The notes under the pieces are model-generated. The model searched no databases and was not told the DNA's origin. It saw nothing but the letters and a program-made list of their open reading frames with translations. From a virus, in the IMG/VR virus record IMGVR_UViG_3300013137_000015, positions 1 through 64,000 of that record: 64,000 bases of DNA; one strand, given 5' to 3'. Shown piece by piece: positions 1-9,574 of the stretch. The position numbers and the translations under genes were made by a program. The number at the start of each line of letters is the position of its first letter. Within the stretch, counting starts at the first letter, position 1.

Positions 1-3000
1 AATGCTTTGTTGAGTTCTAATTCCAATTTTTGTTGTAGCAATTGTGATAATTCGCTTTGCAAATCTTGTATAGCAACCTGAGTTAATTTTTTTCTTTCTT
101 CTAATAATTTATTTATTTCGTCATTAGTTTTTTGAATTTCTGAACATTTAGTATTCATCAATTCTGATAAATTGTTTAATTGAATTGCATCAAGATTTGT
201 TATACTTATCTTTTTCAATGCTTCTAATTCAATTATTAAAGCATTAAATTTTAATCTTAATTTCTTTATCTGTATATCAATATCTACAATGGCTTGACCA
301 GTAACAATATTTTGTAAATAATTTATTCTTGGCATTATCTTTGACAATTTTTCAGCCTTATCTTTCAAGTATTGTAATTTTTGTTCAACAATATTTTCTG
401 GTATAGAAACTAATTTTAATTGAACCAAACCTTCCATTTTTTCCATAAAATCTGGTGCATTAAAATTTAAACCTATCTTAGTTAAAACAGCAAGTTTCTT
501 TTTATTCAACACATCCAAGAAATCTATACCCAACTTTTTAAAATTTACAGCCTTATTATATAATTCCAACCAATTATCATCTATGAAATCTATACCCATT
601 GTACTTAAATTGGATAATTGTGCAATCCAATTTTTTACACCATTTGTACCAACAGATGCAAAATTGATTCCCATATCTTTCAATTTTGATAATTTAGTAG
701 TACAATCAATATCATTTAAATTAATACCAAAACCAATTAATTGATTTATAGCATTTTCAAAATCATTATCAGCTATATTTAAACCTATTGACATCAAATC
801 TGTTAGCATAGATTGCCAATTTTCTTTGTTGAAATTGAACCCCATACAGATTAATGTTATCAATTTTTTATCCATATCTACATCATAATTCAAATCATCA
901 TTTTGAGTATTTGTCGGTGGTATCTTAAAACTAAATCCAAATTGAATAAGGTAATCTAATTTTTGTACAGCATTTTTACAGTTGTAATGCCAACCTAATG
1001 CACATAAACTATCAACTATATCAACTGTTTCAAATGCACTTATATTAAATTCTAAACCAGATAGTTTATTTAATAATGTAAAGTAATTAGGATTTTGAAA
1101 ATTAAATCCCATCTTATTAATTGAATCAAATTGAATAATAGTTTTTGTTGGTTGCTTTTGAACATTAGGATCTATTATATTTGTTATTTCTATTCTTGCA
1201 TTATATCTATCATCATCAAAAACTTTTGGATCTGGTTTACTAACAGCTAAATCAATTTGATTTAAAACATCATATGCTCCTGAATCGCCTCTTTCATACC
1301 AAGTTAATGTTACTTTTCTTTTTGTATCAAAAATATTAATTTCATCAACCTTAATTTTTAATATATCTAACATTTGTCTGAATTTGGTATTATAATTTGG
1401 ATCTCTTACATTTAATCCTAATTTATCAAAATTACCGTAAATTCCTGATAATTGGTCATAAGTTATTTGTTGATTGGCAGGCGTAGCACCTGTTACTAAT
1501 TGCAATCCAGAACCAGCAACCATATTCTCATAATCTTGTTGTAATGTTGAAAAATTGTCAGCAACTCGTATTCCATCAATCACCCAACCTTGATTTAAAA
1601 CAAAATCACGCATTAAGTCTAGCATAAAATAAATCTCTTTGGTTCCCTGCATCATGGTCACTCTTTCGACATTTTTATTGATGCCTATAAATTTAGATGC
1701 TCCAACATATGGTAATGTTGGAGAGTTCAAATCCAATTTAATATTATATTTATTCCATTGATTTATTATACTCATTATAGGTGTTGAAGATAAAGGTACA
1801 CAATATAATTTATCACAATATGTTATAGCTGTAAAAATAACAGAATCATATGTACCACCACTACCATCATCATTAATAATATTTGTATATCCTGTAAATA
1901 ATGTTTCCTTATAAACTAAACCATTATCATGTAAAACTCTTATTTGTGAAGAATCTTTTAATGTAATATTTTCATACCATCTTGGATTTGTAGTGTCATA
2001 TTCTTCTCTATATTCGTATAATTGTGGGGAATCATCAATTTTAAAAATGGATGTACCACCATCATTTAAAATATTCATTATACTTACTATACCATTATCA
2101 CGAACACCATCTATACCAAATGTATAAATATATTTTACAAATTCGTCAATGTTTACAGAAGTTTTGTTGAAGTATAAATTTAAAGTATTATTGATTGGAT
2201 TATCAAAATATTGTAATATTCCTTTCATTCTATCAACTTGTTCTACTGTTATGGTTGATAAAATTTCTGCTTCAGTTTCTAAAAAATTACCACCATTCCA
2301 ATTCAAATTTAACCAAGAATATTTTTTCAAAACTTGTTCTATATAAGGATTATTCAAATTGATATTTTTAGATAAAGCATTATCATATCCAGATACAGTT
2401 TTAATATCAACATATTGACCTAAGATTCTTAGTCTTTCGACAGCATATACATTGTTGAAATTAAAACCTATAGAATTCAACCTCTTTAATATATCAATAT
2501 CATTAGGATTTATCCCCAAATCATTGTGTATTGCAATTATTATATCATAAAAATTTGAATTATTAAAATTAAACCCCAACTCCTGTAATATTAATAACAA
2601 ATCTGTATTTCTTATATCAATTCCATGTTGTTGTAGAAAGCCCAACTTTGTCAAATAATCAGGATCATTTAAACTAAACCCAAGTTGATATAACTTAAAT
2701 AATAAAGTAGCATCATTGAAAGTAAATCCATATTTATCCCTTAATTCTCTTATTCTATCAATGTATTTTTCATTTGAAAAATCATATCCTATTTTTTGTA
2801 AAAATTCTGTAACTTGATTATCAAAAACATTAACTCCAATATCCCACAAATTTGATATAGTATCTGTTAAACCATCTTGTGGAACATTAGCATCAAAAGC
2901 AATCAACAATGATCTTTTAGCAAAGTTTTTAAATGAAACATTTGGTTTATTATCATCTACTAAATTTGTCAAATCGCTTTGTAAACCAGACAATTCATTT

Positions 3001-4445
3001 TTCAAATCATCTACATTTAAAGAATCTAATCTAAGTTGTTCATTTAATTTAAATTGAATTGTTTCTTCTAATTGTTTCTTTTTTTCTGTTAATTTTTCAC
3101 AATTTTGTTTTAATTGATTTTCTAAATCAAGCAGATAATCGGCTCCAAGATTTATATTTTGTTCTATTTTGTTTTTTAATTCTTCGCCTTTATTAATTAA
3201 TTGATCAACCGAATTTGATAGTTTTTCTTCTAATGCAACAAACTTATTAACCAAATTAATATCATCTGTCAATTTTTGTATTTTATCTCTTAGATTTGAT
3301 AATTTTTTTAATTTAATATTCTTAAATTTTTCTTCAAATTCCTTTTCTTGTGATTTTACAAAGTTAGTTATTTGAGCCTGCCAATCAGAAGCTACAAGAC
3401 TTGGATCTATATTAATATTAAATGGTGTTAATTTATTAAAATAACCATAAGGGTCAATCTTTGGTATTTTTAATGTAAATGGTAACAATGGTATCATTGA
3501 ACCAATATCTAATTCAAAAGATGGTATAGGTATATTAATATCAAATAAAGGACTTAACATTTTACTATACATCCATTTACTAGCATCTGTAAATAATAAT
3601 TTTAAATCTTTTAATATTTTAGGCAAACCAGGAACCATATTTCCTAACAATTCACCAAGTTCTAAACCAGCAATTAAATCAATGGTATTTTTAAAAAAGA
3701 AAAATTGTTTTGCAAACCCCTGACCAACGGCTTTTAATATTGTTTCTATGAAAGTCTTTAATAATGAAGGCAATCCTGGTGTGTCAAGATTAAATAAATT
3801 ATTCAATCTCTCTGATTTTAAATCAGATGGGAAATCTGATGGTATAGTTTGGAGTCCAGAACTAAAAATACAATTCATAGTCTGTGCTATAACAGCATTC
3901 ATTGGGTAATTTATATAAACGCCTAAATTTTCATCTATCCAAACTTTCTGCGTATCAAATAAATTACCACTATTATTACCAAAGTCTAACCCTTTGAATT
4001 TTATATTTTTTAAATTTTCTAATTCATCTAATCTGAGTTTTTCTCTTATTCCAGAAATTTTTTCATCAATTTCACTAACTTTTCTTAAAAGTTCATCAAT
4101 TTCTAATTGGTATTCGGCTGGTAATTTTGATAGTGCGATTCTATTTTTTAAATTTAATTCAGAATTCAATTCTCTTAATAAATTTTCATTCACTGTTAGT
4201 TTATTACAAAAACTGGTTAATTCATCATACTCTTTCTGTAATTTTTTAGGATCAGTATCATATACAGAAATACTATATTGCTTTTCTTTTAATTGAGATA
4301 TTAGTGTTTCTCTTTCTTTTCTTGCAATATCAATCTTACCAGTAAGAATCCTATCAGGTATACCAGTAAGAATATCTTGTTTTTCTTTTATTTGTTCAAG
4401 TAATTTATTCTTCTTACTTATCTGTGATTGAAGAAGTTCCTCCAT
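1..4445 (-). CDS. Giant (>1480 aa) repeat protein, probably virion-associated; runs off the left edge and is absent from the ORF track
   Basis: ATG at 4445 (MEELLQSQISKKNKLLEQ) overlaps the end of the upstream gene. The frame is open at every point sampled, down to base 1. It has coiled-coil ends, a Pro-rich segment and two blocks of (L/M)G(F/I)(N/D)F repeats. Confidence 0.8.
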   Translation of the reverse strand, partial: MEELLQSQISKKNKLLEQIKEKQDILTGIPDRILTGKIDIARKERETLISQLKEKQYSISVYDTDPKKLQKEYDELTSFCNKLTVNENLLRELNSELNLKNRIALSKLPAEYQLEIDELLRKVSEIDEKISGIREKLRLDELENLKNIKFKGLDFGNNSGNLFDTQKVWIDENLGVYINYPMNAVIAQTMNCIFSSGLQTIPSDFPSDLKSERLNNLFNLDTPGLPSLLKTFIETILKAVGQGFAKQFFFFKNTIDLIAGLELGELLGNMVPGLPKILKDLKLLFTDASKWMYSKMLSPLFDINIPIPSFELDIGSMIPLLPFTLKIPKIDPYGYFNKLTPFNINIDPSLVASDWQAQITNFVKSQEKEFEEKFKNIKLKKLSNLRDKIQKLTDDINLVNKFVALEEKLSNSVDQLINKGEELKNKIEQNINLGADYLLDLENQLKQNCEKLTEKKKQLEETIQFKLNEQLRLDSLNVDDLKNELSGLQSDLTNLVDDNKPNVSFKNFAKRSLLIAFDANVPQDGLTDTISNLWDIGVNVFDNQVTEFLQKIGYDFSNEKYIDRIRELRDKYGFTFNDATLLFKLYQLGFSLNDPDYLTKLGFLQQHGIDIRNTDLLLILQELGFNFNNSNFYDIIIAIHNDLGINPNDIDILKRLNSIGFNFNNVYAVERLRILGQYVDIKTVSGYDNALSKNINLNNPYIEQVLKKYSWLNLNWNGGNFLETEAEILSTITVEQVDRMKGILQYFDNPINNTLNLYFNKTSVNIDEFVKYIYTFGIDGVRDNGIVSIMNILNDGGTSIFKIDDSPQLYEYREEYDTTNPRWYENITLKDSSQIRVLHDNGLVYKETLFTGYTNIINDDGSGGTYDSVIFTAITYCDKLYCVPLSSTPIMSIINQWNKYNIKLDLNSPTLPYVGASKFIGINKNVERVTMMQGTKEIYFMLDLMRDFVLNQGWVIDGIRVADNFSTLQQDYENMVAGSGLQLVTGATPANQQITYDQLSGIYGNFDKLGLNVRDPNYNTKFRQMLDILKIKVDEINIFDTKRKVTLTWYERGDSGAYDVLNQIDLAVSKPDPKVFDDDRYNARIEITNIIDPNVQKQPTKTIIQFDSINKMGFNFQNPNYFTLLNKLSGLEFNISAFETVDIVDSLCALGWHYNCKNAVQKLDYLIQFGFSFKIPPTNTQNDDLNYDVDMDKKLITLICMGFNFNKENWQSMLTDLMSIGLNIADNDFENAINQLIGFGINLNDIDCTTKLSKLKDMGINFASVGTNGVKNWIAQLSNLSTMGIDFIDDNWLELYNKAVNFKKLGIDFLDVLNKKKLAVLTKIGLNFNAPDFMEKMEGLVQLKLVSIPENIVEQKLQYLKDKAEKLSKIMPRINYLQNIVTGQAIVDIDIQIKKLRLKFNALIIELEALKKISITNLDAIQLNNLSELMNTKCSEIQKTNDEINKLLEERKKLTQVAIQDLQSELSQLLQQKLELELNKA

Positions 4446-5325
4446 TTAAAAATCCATTAAAATTTTTAACTCGTTCAGTGATTTTTATAGGATATTTTTG
4501 AGGTGATTTTAAAGTAACCTTATTAGTTTCAAAAGGATTGATTTCGTTATTTGTTACTAAATTATTAGTTAATGTTATTACATTGTTATTTAATCTATCC
4601 ATTACCAATTTAAATAATTCATCATCAGTATTTTTTAACACCCTATCGAAAATTTTCTGAACATCATTTGCATAATCAATATTCATCTTTTCATCATCGT
4701 AGAAATAAACATTATTAAACCAATCTTGTTTATATGGTTTAAATTCGCCATCTTCGATTTTAAGACCTATTAAGTGTTCAATAAGTACATTTAATTTATT
4801 CAAACTAATATTTTCGTTTTGTTTGTAATAAAACTTATCAGCCACAAAATATATCTTATATATTTCTATACCTATGTCCTGCAGTTTTTTTCTTAATGTG
4901 TTTAAAATATCAGCGTGTCTATCCCTATGAGCCCTACCTGTTAATAGGCAAATATACTCATCTTTATTCCTCAAATGTCTTATATTATTAAATAAAAATG
5001 TCGCTTTTGTATTATTTATATATTTTTCGTCATTAAACTCTATCCAGGATATACCAAATCTTTCAATTGGTATTCTTTTTTTCTTATTTACTTCATTAAA
5101 CAATTCATTAGAAATAAAATACGAATCACCATTATATTCCATTTTCAAATTATCTTTTATATAAACCCCGTTTATAATTTTATTAACTTCAAAACTATCT
5201 AGTCTTATAATAGGTTTATGTGGTTCTTCTTTGTCTATAATCCATACTTTACAATCTATCTTCCAAAGCGTTCCGTCTAAATCGAACATATGAAGTGATT
5301 TGCTATTTGGTTGCATATAAATCAT
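4414..5325 (-). CDS. HAD-superfamily phosphatase (Swiss-army-knife RNA-repair-like HAD)
   Basis: Motif I FDLDGTLW, motif II LLTGR, motif IV FYDD. Confidence 0.7.
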   Translation of the reverse strand: MIYMQPNSKSLHMFDLDGTLWKIDCKVWIIDKEEPHKPIIRLDSFEVNKIINGVYIKDNLKMEYNGDSYFISNELFNEVNKKKRIPIERFGISWIEFNDEKYINNTKATFLFNNIRHLRNKDEYICLLTGRAHRDRHADILNTLRKKLQDIGIEIYKIYFVADKFYYKQNENISLNKLNVLIEHLIGLKIEDGEFKPYKQDWFNNVYFYDDEKMNIDYANDVQKIFDRVLKNTDDELFKLVMDRLNNNVITLTNNLVTNNEINPFETNKVTLKSPQKYPIKITERVKNFNGFLNGGTSSITDK

Positions 5326-6214
5326 ATATATTTTTTAATATATTATCAGAATTTAAATTTCTAGTGTATTTTATTCTTAATAATTTAATATTATTGTTTT
5401 TACAAAAATTATTCTTTATGTTATCATGTTTTTTTATATATTCGTAATAATCTTCTCCGCCCCAATATTCTATGACTTCAAAATGTTGAATACCGTCATA
5501 TTCTATACAGGTATTATAGTCTGGTAAATAAAAATCGAATGGAAGTTTTCTTTTATCAACGCATTTATCAAATATTTTCTGTTTAATAAAATATATATTA
5601 TTATCTATTAATGTCTTTTCTATAATATTTTCACCTATGCTTTTTTTACAATGTGGACAACCTTGTTTTCTATGAATATGACATTTTGGACTTTGTAAAA
5701 ATACACCATGTTCGGGGCATATTATTTTTACTTTGGTGTTATTATTTTTATAACAAACTAATGAATAATTGTATTTTTTATTATGGATATTATTTGACTC
5801 TTCTATAAATTTTTGTATACTTTTTCTATTTTTGCCATTACATTCTGGACAACCCTGACCTAAAAGGTGATTTAATGGGGTTTGTTCAAATATTCCATGA
5901 ATCGGACAGATTATTCTGACTTTTGTATAATTATTTTTATATAAAACATAAGAATAATCATATTTATTATGTTTTTCTTTAAATTTAGAAATAATTTCAT
6001 CAGTGGTATAATTGTAACGATTTGAACATTTTGGACAACCTTGTTTTAAACCTATATGATTATTAGGAGTTTGTAAAAATGATCCGTGAATAGAACATCT
6101 TATTTCTATTTTTTCCATGTAATTAATATAATTAGAAAAAGAATAATCATATTTATTATTATGAATTATACTTGCTTTCTCTATAAAATCTTCTTTTGTT
6201 AATCTTTTACCCAT
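5303..6214 (-). CDS. Free-standing homing endonuclease: DUF723-like Zn repeats plus C-terminal PD-(D/E)XK/Vsr-like domain
   Basis: Three CxxHGxFxQxPxxH..GCPxC repeats and LPFDFYLPDYNTCIEYDGIQHF. The likely start is MGKRL at 6214, just downstream of a TTTAATATATA box. Confidence 0.8.
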   Translation of the reverse strand: MGKRLTKEDFIEKASIIHNNKYDYSFSNYINYMEKIEIRCSIHGSFLQTPNNHIGLKQGCPKCSNRYNYTTDEIISKFKEKHNKYDYSYVLYKNNYTKVRIICPIHGIFEQTPLNHLLGQGCPECNGKNRKSIQKFIEESNNIHNKKYNYSLVCYKNNNTKVKIICPEHGVFLQSPKCHIHRKQGCPHCKKSIGENIIEKTLIDNNIYFIKQKIFDKCVDKRKLPFDFYLPDYNTCIEYDGIQHFEVIEYWGGEDYYEYIKKHDNIKNNFCKNNNIKLLRIKYTRNLNSDNILKNIYDLYATK

Positions 6215-6307
6215 AACATTATATATTAAATTTTTAAAACAAAACAAAAAATAAATTACGGTTGGATTGACATTCCAAAATATATAATTAAAAAATAACA
6301 AAATTAT

Positions 6308-7255
6308 ATGAGTGAACATGATAAAAAACAACAAGAAGATTATTTATCAAAATTTTTAACAGAACAAAAAGAAGACATTAAGGAAATAAAATCTTCTGTA
6401 AAAACAATAAGTCAAGCTAATAGTAGTTCACTAGAATACCTTAGTGTCGATTTGGACATTTTACCATTAGGTATTTTTTACCAAGAAGGTACAAAAATAA
6501 AAATAAGAGCTGCTAAAGTACATGAAGTACAAGCATATTCTGTTGTTGATGATAAGAACTTCTTAGATGTAACAGAAAAAATGAATCAATTACTATCAAG
6601 TTGCGTTAAGTTTACTTTACCAAATGGTAATGCTGGTTCTTATAAAGATATAAAAGATGGTGACAGATTATTCATTGTTTTTATGATCAGAGAATTAACA
6701 TTTCAAAAAGGAAACTCACTTGCAAAAGAAGTAACTTGTCCTCATTGTAGTTGGGAATTCTCAATACCATTTAGATCAACTGCAAATAATGAATTTCCTA
6801 GGACATTTGAAAAACATGAAATGACAGATTCTATTAAAAAATTCTTTAACAAAGAATTAAAATGTTTTGAATTCAATATTAATGGTGTTGTTTATAAATT
6901 AGGACCTCCTAATATTGGAATTCAAGAAATATTCTATTCTGATATAAAAACAAAGGTACAAGCTCAGAAAAATCCTAATGTATCATTCCTTAAAATTATT
7001 CCTTATATGTTGTGGGATAGAACTACTATCACAGATGACGGAATAAAAGCAAAAGAAGATGAATTTAAGAAAATGGATATGTACTCTTTCCAAGTTATTA
7101 ACCAAGCTGTAGATAAGATGCAATTTGGTCTTAAAGGAATAAAAATGAATTGTCCTGAGTGTCAAGGGGAGGTGCACTCAGATATGACCTTTCCCAACGG
7201 AGCGTCAAGTCTTTTCGTTATTCCAGATTTCTTTGATAACTTTACTAAAGAATAA
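6308..7255 (+). CDS. T4 gp26-like baseplate hub/tail assembly protein
   Basis: DRLFIVFMIRELTF motif, two CxxC pairs (CPHC, CPEC), location beside the tube and sheath genes. Confidence 0.6.
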   Translation: MSEHDKKQQEDYLSKFLTEQKEDIKEIKSSVKTISQANSSSLEYLSVDLDILPLGIFYQEGTKIKIRAAKVHEVQAYSVVDDKNFLDVTEKMNQLLSSCVKFTLPNGNAGSYKDIKDGDRLFIVFMIRELTFQKGNSLAKEVTCPHCSWEFSIPFRSTANNEFPRTFEKHEMTDSIKKFFNKELKCFEFNINGVVYKLGPPNIGIQEIFYSDIKTKVQAQKNPNVSFLKIIPYMLWDRTTITDDGIKAKEDEFKKMDMYSFQVINQAVDKMQFGLKGIKMNCPECQGEVHSDMTFPNGASSLFVIPDFFDNFTKE

Positions 7256-7487
7256 ATTTGAATTTATGTGGCAAAAACATATCCAACCTTCTGAAGTTGA
7301 TAGGATGGATTACTGGGAATTTGAAGAATATATTAAATTCATGAACGAAAGAAATAAGGAAGAAAATGAAAAACAGAAGAAACAGCAAGAGGAACAACAA
7401 GAGTATCAAAATAAAATGACTCCTAAAATGCCTAATTTCAACGATTTCAGACCAGGTAACAGTAATTTTAAAATGCCTAAAATGTAA
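7233..7487 (+). CDS. gp51-like baseplate assembly protein; possibly made by frameshift from the upstream ORF
   Basis: MWQKHIQPSEVDRMDYWEFEEYI motif followed by a coiled coil; overlaps the gp26-like ORF in the +1 frame. Confidence 0.55.
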   Translation: MITLLKNKFEFMWQKHIQPSEVDRMDYWEFEEYIKFMNERNKEENEKQKKQQEEQQEYQNKMTPKMPNFNDFRPGNSNFKMPKM

Positions 7488-7535
7488 AAACTAATTATGA
7501 ATAAATAATTGACAAATTGATGTTTATTTTTAATT

Positions 7536-7886
7536 ATGTCTAAGAATAAATTATTAAATGTAATGTCAGAAAGAGCCTTTGAGTGTTTACAAAGACTTTC
7601 AATAGCAACATATGTTAATATGGTAAAAAATCAACCATATGATTTTGATTCTTATTTTGAATTAACTTATAAAGATAGTCTTCGTTATATTTTAGAATTT
7701 GTAAAATATGATAACATTGACAAATATAAAGATGTATTTTACAAGTATTGTAAAGTAATAAATGATATGAGCGAACAATGTGCCATAAATTATATTCAGT
7801 ATAAAGACACTAATAAAAGATTTATGTTTAACTGGTGGCACTTAAACAAGAAAAATTTCCTTGGAGAAATTATGAAATTAATTTAA
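7536..7886 (+). CDS. Hypothetical protein
   Basis: 116-aa ATG ORF following the operon. Confidence 0.55.
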   Translation: MSKNKLLNVMSERAFECLQRLSIATYVNMVKNQPYDFDSYFELTYKDSLRYILEFVKYDNIDKYKDVFYKYCKVINDMSEQCAINYIQYKDTNKRFMFNWWHLNKKNFLGEIMKLI

Positions 7887-8080
7887 ACTTTTTATAAAAT
7901 TATATTTATAATAGAAATTATATTTCGAAAGATATGGAGCAAATAAGAAAGATTTTAGGAATATGTTTAACCTTACATAATAACTTTTTTTTAAAAATAA
8001 ACGTATAAATCAATATAACATTAAAAAACAAGATTGATAATTTAAATAATACTAATACTTATACAAGTTATAAGAATTAA

Positions 8081-8108
8081 TAAAATCCACAAGAAATTGT
8101 GGATTTTT
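8081..8108. terminator. Bidirectional intrinsic terminator
   Basis: AAAATCCACAA-GAAA-TTGTGGATTTT between convergent genes. Confidence 0.75.
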
Positions 8109-8845
8109 TAATTTATAGGATTAAATTCATATTTGTTTTTTATATAATTTTTAAATTTATATAAATTTTCTTTAATCTTTGGAATTAGTTTAACCAATTC
8201 TTCTACTGTTAAATTATTTTCACTTATTTTAAATACTTTACTAAAATAAGCATCTTCTTTATCTGGTTTGCCGTATAAAAGTTTGTCTAACTTTTTTAAA
8301 ACATTATCACATTCTTCATCTGATATTTCTACACTACCATCAAATCTTTTAGTACTTTTTATTCCACCTAAATCTGCCATATTTGCGCTAATTCTCGTTG
8401 TCGTTATAGAAGGACTAAAAAACAATTTAAATTTATCTTTTTCATATTCAAGTATTTCATCATCTAACATATGAACTTTGATCGAAAATTCTATCTTAGT
8501 ACTATAATCATCATCTAAACCAGGAAATACAATAATTTTATTTTTTCTAAAATTTAATACTTCATATTCATATGTGTTATATTCATTTAATACAAAAGTT
8601 TTTACTTCTGGTATTTCTTTTATTAAAATTTTATACAAATATTCTAATATTCCATGTCTATCATATCTATTGTGTTCTATATGATTGATCGCATTATTTA
8701 AATCAAAAGAATTTCCAGCATATAAACCATATTCAAATTTATTTTTATATGGTTCTAATTCAACCATCTTTTTAAAATCTGGTGGCAATCCTTTACCTTT
8801 TAATTCTTCTGTATCAAAATATTCAAATGATTTAATGTATTTCAT
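8108..8845 (-). CDS. Hypothetical protein with the shared N-terminal leader
   Basis: Starts MKYIKSFEYF; late-type box at 8851-8861. Confidence 0.7.
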   Translation of the reverse strand: MKYIKSFEYFDTEELKGKGLPPDFKKMVELEPYKNKFEYGLYAGNSFDLNNAINHIEHNRYDRHGILEYLYKILIKEIPEVKTFVLNEYNTYEYEVLNFRKNKIIVFPGLDDDYSTKIEFSIKVHMLDDEILEYEKDKFKLFFSPSITTTRISANMADLGGIKSTKRFDGSVEISDEECDNVLKKLDKLLYGKPDKEDAYFSKVFKISENNLTVEELVKLIPKIKENLYKFKNYIKNKYEFNPIN

Positions 8846-8870
8846 ATTAGTATATATTAAATAAAAATAA

Positions 8871-8898
8871 AAAAATCCACAATTTCTTGTGGATTTTA
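8871..8898 (-). terminator. Terminator after the tail tube gene; exact reverse complement of 8081-8108
   Basis: AAAAATCCACAATTTCTTGTGGATTTTA. Confidence 0.75.
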
Positions 8899-8917
8899 TA
8901 AATTGTTTATTATTTGC

Positions 8918-9475
8918 TTAATAATACATGTCCTCATAGTAATCTGCAACGAATTTAGCAGTTAATGTAGCAATTTCATTTGAAGACCAATCTAAATCTT
9001 CCCAACCACTAAAATTAGTAATCTGAGCGTTATGATAGGTAACTCTTCTTATGATATGACCTTCTTTATCATGAGCGTGTACAATAATATCAGAAATAAT
9101 ATTTTTCTTATAATGTACAGAACCATCTTCATTATTCCATACTAAATCATACCAATCTTTCATCATTCTCCAAGTCATAACTTGATAATTTTCATTAACA
9201 TTCATGTTAAAGTTAATATCAACTGATGTATCAGTTTTATCAGGAAATGTCATGAACAATCTGGTCGAATATTTAAATCTTTGAGATTGTGTAGCAATAT
9301 CAGGATAAGTTGGAAATTTAACAGTCGTTGTATTTTCAAGCAATATGGTTTCATAACCAGGATGAATAGCTTGAATAGCTGGTGGTAATATAATTACTAC
9401 CTCATATAAATTTTTATAAACTGGTTCCCAAATTTTATTGTGAGAACTTATGTTCGTAAAATGTGGTAAAGGCAT
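8918..9475 (-). CDS. Tail tube protein (T4 gp19-like)
   Basis: 185 aa with WRMMKDWYDLV and a C-terminal LDWSSNEIATLTAKFVADYY; downstream of the sheath gene. Confidence 0.8.
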   Translation of the reverse strand: MPLPHFTNISSHNKIWEPVYKNLYEVVIILPPAIQAIHPGYETILLENTTTVKFPTYPDIATQSQRFKYSTRLFMTFPDKTDTSVDINFNMNVNENYQVMTWRMMKDWYDLVWNNEDGSVHYKKNIISDIIVHAHDKEGHIIRRVTYHNAQITNFSGWEDLDWSSNEIATLTAKFVADYYEDMYY

Positions 9476-9574
9476 ATTCTTTCTTAATTATTTTTTGTTT
9501 GTTACTCTTATATATTAAATATTTTAATCGAAAAATTACATTTTTTGTTCAATGTTATATATTAAATTTAAATA

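Noticed and set aside
2149-4296. Track ORFs 2149-2346 and 3994-4296, and similar short ORFs such as 12145, 19986, 23190, 24491 and 35789
   Set aside because: They are antisense shadows of longer, motif-supported genes
6215-6334. Track N-terminal extensions of the 5303, 15266 and 21278 ORFs
   Set aside because: They run through promoter boxes, terminators or the opposite gene; downstream ATGs fit better
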